Sequence record: SRR20825006_2093
Direction: 5' to 3' (one strand)
DNA length: 43,157 bases
Each line of letters starts with the position of its first letter. Position 1 is the first letter of the stretch. Shown here in pieces: positions 40,024 to 43,157 of this stretch. The translations under genes were made by a program, and so were the position numbers. A model generated the notes under the pieces. That model was given only the letters and a program-made list of their open reading frames with translations. It had not been told where the DNA came from and did not search any database.

Positions 40024-41103
40024 TCATTCCATCCAATCCGGCGGCGCGACTTTCGACCCATCGCCGCCCATGTCTGGCTGGGGGTGGCGCTCCAGAAGCT
40101 TCTCGACGATTGCATCTGCAACGCGGTCTGCCTCACGCAATGCTGGATAGCTCCATGTTTCCAATGTGCCCCCGAACCAGCGAGCTGCGCCATGATCGAT
40201 CAGGCTCTGGTGCAAGCTGTCGAATTTCTTGGAGCGACCCTCCAGACGCGCGATGTGGATTGGCAGATCATGCCAGGCCGCATCGGACAGCATGTTGGCG
40301 CTGTCCTCTGTCACGATGGCGCAATCGGAAAAGACCAACCATGCAAGATAGGGATTGTCGCCATCTTCCGGGCCGGCCCAGAATCGAGCTCCGAATTCAT
40401 CCGCCATCGAACGGAACCTGGATACAATCGGCACAGGCGTGCGGCGCGATGCTGTGATCCGCAGACGCCAGCCTTGCCCCGCCAGGATGCGAAGCTGGGA
40501 TTCAAGACGTTCGGCAGCAGCATCGGTAAATGTATGTGTGCGGGAGTTCCCCCCCAGAATGACGATCGCGCTCTTGTTGCGCTCGTCGGCCAGATCGGCA
40601 AAGGATTGGCCCGCATCTTCGATCAGGTCAGGGGCAAAATAGGATGGCGAACCGATCGTCTGAATGACATTCGGGCCGTTTGTCTCGTCATGCGCCGGTG
40701 TGACCAGAAGGTCGAAGTTTTCTGAGGGAATCCTTGGGTCGAGGATTTGGACGGTCAGCGTTTTTCCGCCGGACAGTTCCCGCACGGCACGAGTCAGGGC
40801 AGCTGAACGACGGCCCGCAGCAATCCAGATCGTTGGCCATGGCGGGGTTAGCAGGTCGCGCTGATTCTTCGGCAGGGAAGCCAGGGGAGACGGCCATTTG
40901 TCCGCAGGCAGCAGGGTCCACGGCAAGCGTGGAGTCAGAGTCAGAGGTTCGGAGCGGTGCGATTCACCATTTATGTGAGCAATCTGAATCCACCGCCGCG
41001 TATCACCCAGTGCCTGCAGCACTGCGCGAACCTGAGCGGCATTGCCTGCGCGGCCGTCCGAGACCGCCCAGACGGATGGTCCGAGCGACCCCGCCTCTGC
41101 CAT
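40024..41103 (-). CDS. mitochondrial fission ELM1 family protein
   Basis: SDGRAGN..Q, PPWP...IAAGRR, VQILDPR, FDL.V.P.HD, SRRTP, NPY and VTEDS.NMLSDA. ATG abuts the greA stop. Confidence 0.88.
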   Translation of the reverse strand: MAEAGSLGPSVWAVSDGRAGNAAQVRAVLQALGDTRRWIQIAHINGESHRSEPLTLTPRLPWTLLPADKWPSPLASLPKNQRDLLTPPWPTIWIAAGRRSAALTRAVRELSGGKTLTVQILDPRIPSENFDLLVTPAHDETNGPNVIQTIGSPSYFAPDLIEDAGQSFADLADERNKSAIVILGGNSRTHTFTDAAAERLESQLRILAGQGWRLRITASRRTPVPIVSRFRSMADEFGARFWAGPEDGDNPYLAWLVFSDCAIVTEDSANMLSDAAWHDLPIHIARLEGRSKKFDSLHQSLIDHGAARWFGGTLETWSYPALREADRVADAIVEKLLERHPQPDMGGDGSKVAPPDWME

Positions 41104-41577
41104 TTACAGGTACTCGACCTTGGCAACTTCGTAAGCGCGCGCTCCGGACGGGGCGGCCACTTCGGCTTCGTCGCCTTCTTCCTTGCCGATCATTGCACGA
41201 GCAATTGGCGAGGTGACGGAGATCTTGCCGTCCTTCACATTGGCTTCGTCTTCGCCAACGATCTTGTACGTGCTCTCTTCTTCCGTATCGACATCAATCA
41301 GAGTCACAGTCGCGCCAAAGCGCACCTTGCTGCCACCCAGCTTGGAGACGTCGATCACGTCCGCGCGGGCAAGCTTGTCATCGATCTCGGCGATGCGGCC
41401 TTCGATGAAGCTCTGCTTCTCCTTGGCAGCGTGATATTCAGCGTTTTCGGACAGATCACCATGCGCACGCGCTTCCGCGATCGCCGCGATAATATTCGGG
41501 CGCTCAATGGATTTCAGCGTCTTAAGTTCTGACTGAAGCGCAGCATGGCCTTCAGCGGTCATGGGAATGCGTTCCAT
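41104..41577 (-). CDS. greA: transcription elongation factor GreA
   Basis: [31 protein letters not shown] and SPIARA..GK. SD GAGG before 41577. Confidence 0.97.
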   Translation of the reverse strand: MERIPMTAEGHAALQSELKTLKSIERPNIIAAIAEARAHGDLSENAEYHAAKEKQSFIEGRIAEIDDKLARADVIDVSKLGGSKVRFGATVTLIDVDTEEESTYKIVGEDEANVKDGKISVTSPIARAMIGKEEGDEAEVAAPSGARAYEVAKVEYL

Positions 41578-41644
41578 CTGTGTCACCTCTATTGTTGGCG
41601 GCAAAATCGTTGTCTTAATTGGTAATGGCGTCAAGTGGGGCTGA

Positions 41645-43157
41645 TCAGGCCGATTGCAAGGCGCGCACCGAGATTTCCCGGTCTTTCATACTCTCAATGG
41701 CCTGCACCGAGGCAATCGAGGAGGCCAGAGTTGTGAAATACGGTATCTTGCGGTTTACGGCAGTCCGGCGAATGGATGCGGAATCTGCAAGCGATGCTGC
41801 ACCTTCGGTCGTGTTGAAAACCAATTGCACGTTGCCATTGATCATGGCGTCCAGAATGTGCGGCTGGCCTTCGAGAACCTTGTTGATCCGGCTCACTTTC
41901 TGGCCTTCAGCCTCCAGAAAGGCAGCTGTTCCGGCGGTGGCGAGGATCGAGAATCCGAACTCCGTAAGCTTTCGAATCGCCGGAACGATGGCCTTCTTGT
42001 CGGAATCTCGCAGAGACACGAATACCGTTCCTGAGTCTGGAAGATGGACCCCGACGCCAAGCTGACTTTTCAGAAAGGCCATGCCGAAATCATCATCCCA
42101 GCCCATGACTTCGCCGGTCGACCGCATCTCCGGGCCGAGTTGCGGGTCCACACCGGGGAAGCGGGCGAATGGGAACACCGCCTCTTTCACCGCCACGCGC
42201 CGAGGATTGGCCTGGGTCAGGTCGAATTCTGTCAGGCTCATGCCCGCCATTACCTTGGCCGCAATTCCGGCAATCGGGGCACCAACGGCTTTTGCAACGA
42301 ATGGTACGGTCCGACTGGCGCGGGGATTGGCTTCCAGCACATAGATTTCGTCATCCTTGACGGCGAACTGAATATTGATCAGGCCGCGTACTTTCAATGC
42401 GCGGGCAAGGGCAATCGTTTGCTCGGCGAGGCGCCCCTGAAGTGCAGGCGAAAGCGTATAGGGCGGCAGGGCACAGGCAGAATCGCCCGAATGCACACCC
42501 GCTTCTTCGATATGTTCCATGATGCCGGCGACGTGCACATTCTCGCCATCGCACAGCGCGTCCACATCCACTTCAATCGCATCGGACAAATATCGGTCAA
42601 TGAATAGCGACGCATCGCCGGAATCCTTGGCGACGCTCAGGGCTTCGGCAGCAAATTTGCGCAGGTCTTCATCATTGCGGGCGATTTCCATGGCCCGGCC
42701 GCCCAGCACGAAGGAGGGTCGCAGCATGACCGGATACCCGATTTCGTTGGCTTTGACTTCGGCTTCTTCGACAGAGCGGGCCGTGCGGGACGGTGCTTGC
42801 TGGATGCCAAGATCGTCGAGCAGGGCTGCAAATTGCTCACGGTCTTCGGCGAGGTCGATGGAGGCCGGGCTGGTGCCAAGAATTGGCACGTTTTCCTGGT
42901 CAAGCGTGTTGGCGAGTTTCAGCGGCGTTTGGCCGCCGAATTGTACGATCACTCCGTTCAGCGTGCCGGCCGATTGCTCTTTGTGGATAATCTCCAGAAC
43001 ATGTTCTTCCGTCAACGGCTCGAAATAGAGCCGGTCAGATGTATCATAGTCCGTGGACACCGTTTCCGGATTACAATTGACCATGATGGACTCGATGCCG
43101 ATGTCATCCATCGCGAATGCGGCATGACAGCAGCAATAGTCAAACTCGATGCCCTGA
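41645..43157 (-). CDS. carB: carbamoyl-phosphate synthase large subunit, 5' part outside window
   Basis: [63 protein letters not shown] and a C-terminal MGS domain. Confidence 0.98.
   Translation of the reverse strand, partial: QGIEFDYCCCHAAFAMDDIGIESIMVNCNPETVSTDYDTSDRLYFEPLTEEHVLEIIHKEQSAGTLNGVIVQFGGQTPLKLANTLDQENVPILGTSPASIDLAEDREQFAALLDDLGIQQAPSRTARSVEEAEVKANEIGYPVMLRPSFVLGGRAMEIARNDEDLRKFAAEALSVAKDSGDASLFIDRYLSDAIEVDVDALCDGENVHVAGIMEHIEEAGVHSGDSACALPPYTLSPALQGRLAEQTIALARALKVRGLINIQFAVKDDEIYVLEANPRASRTVPFVAKAVGAPIAGIAAKVMAGMSLTEFDLTQANPRRVAVKEAVFPFARFPGVDPQLGPEMRSTGEVMGWDDDFGMAFLKSQLGVGVHLPDSGTVFVSLRDSDKKAIVPAIRKLTEFGFSILATAGTAAFLEAEGQKVSRINKVLEGQPHILDAMINGNVQLVFNTTEGAASLADSASIRRTAVNRKIPYFTTLASSIASVQAIESMKDREISVRALQSA

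Overview
GC-rich alphaproteobacterial chromosomal segment. Gene content and order fit Hyphomonadaceae/Caulobacterales; this is inferred, not searched. It is mostly core genome: aspartate aminotransferase (partial), uvrC, ubiG, lysC, ptsP, rodZ, ispG, prfA, prmC, DUF4167, clpB, an M23 peptidase, ydbH-ynbE-ydbL, chpT-cheY-cheR, mnmA, an ELM1-family gene, greA and carB (partial). Small accessory modules are interspersed: TetR/DUF2236 oxygenase, M20 peptidase, MFS transporter, a six-gene envelope block between ispG and prfA, and a frameshifted S9 peptidase. I found no tRNA, rRNA, CRISPR array, IS element or prophage. The best candidate for an uncharacterised system is a membrane-anchored LytTR regulator divergent from an acyltransferase-3 gene, with four direct repeats at exact 20-bp period between them and a CE15-type esterase downstream. 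Other leads are a stripped chpT-cheY-cheR cluster with cell-cycle promoter marks, a DUF389-OmpA-like fusion, a likely internal beta-subunit start in lysC, a probable CTG start for prmC, a structured leader of the DUF4167 gene and several likely leaderless genes. All family calls come from motif recognition by eye.
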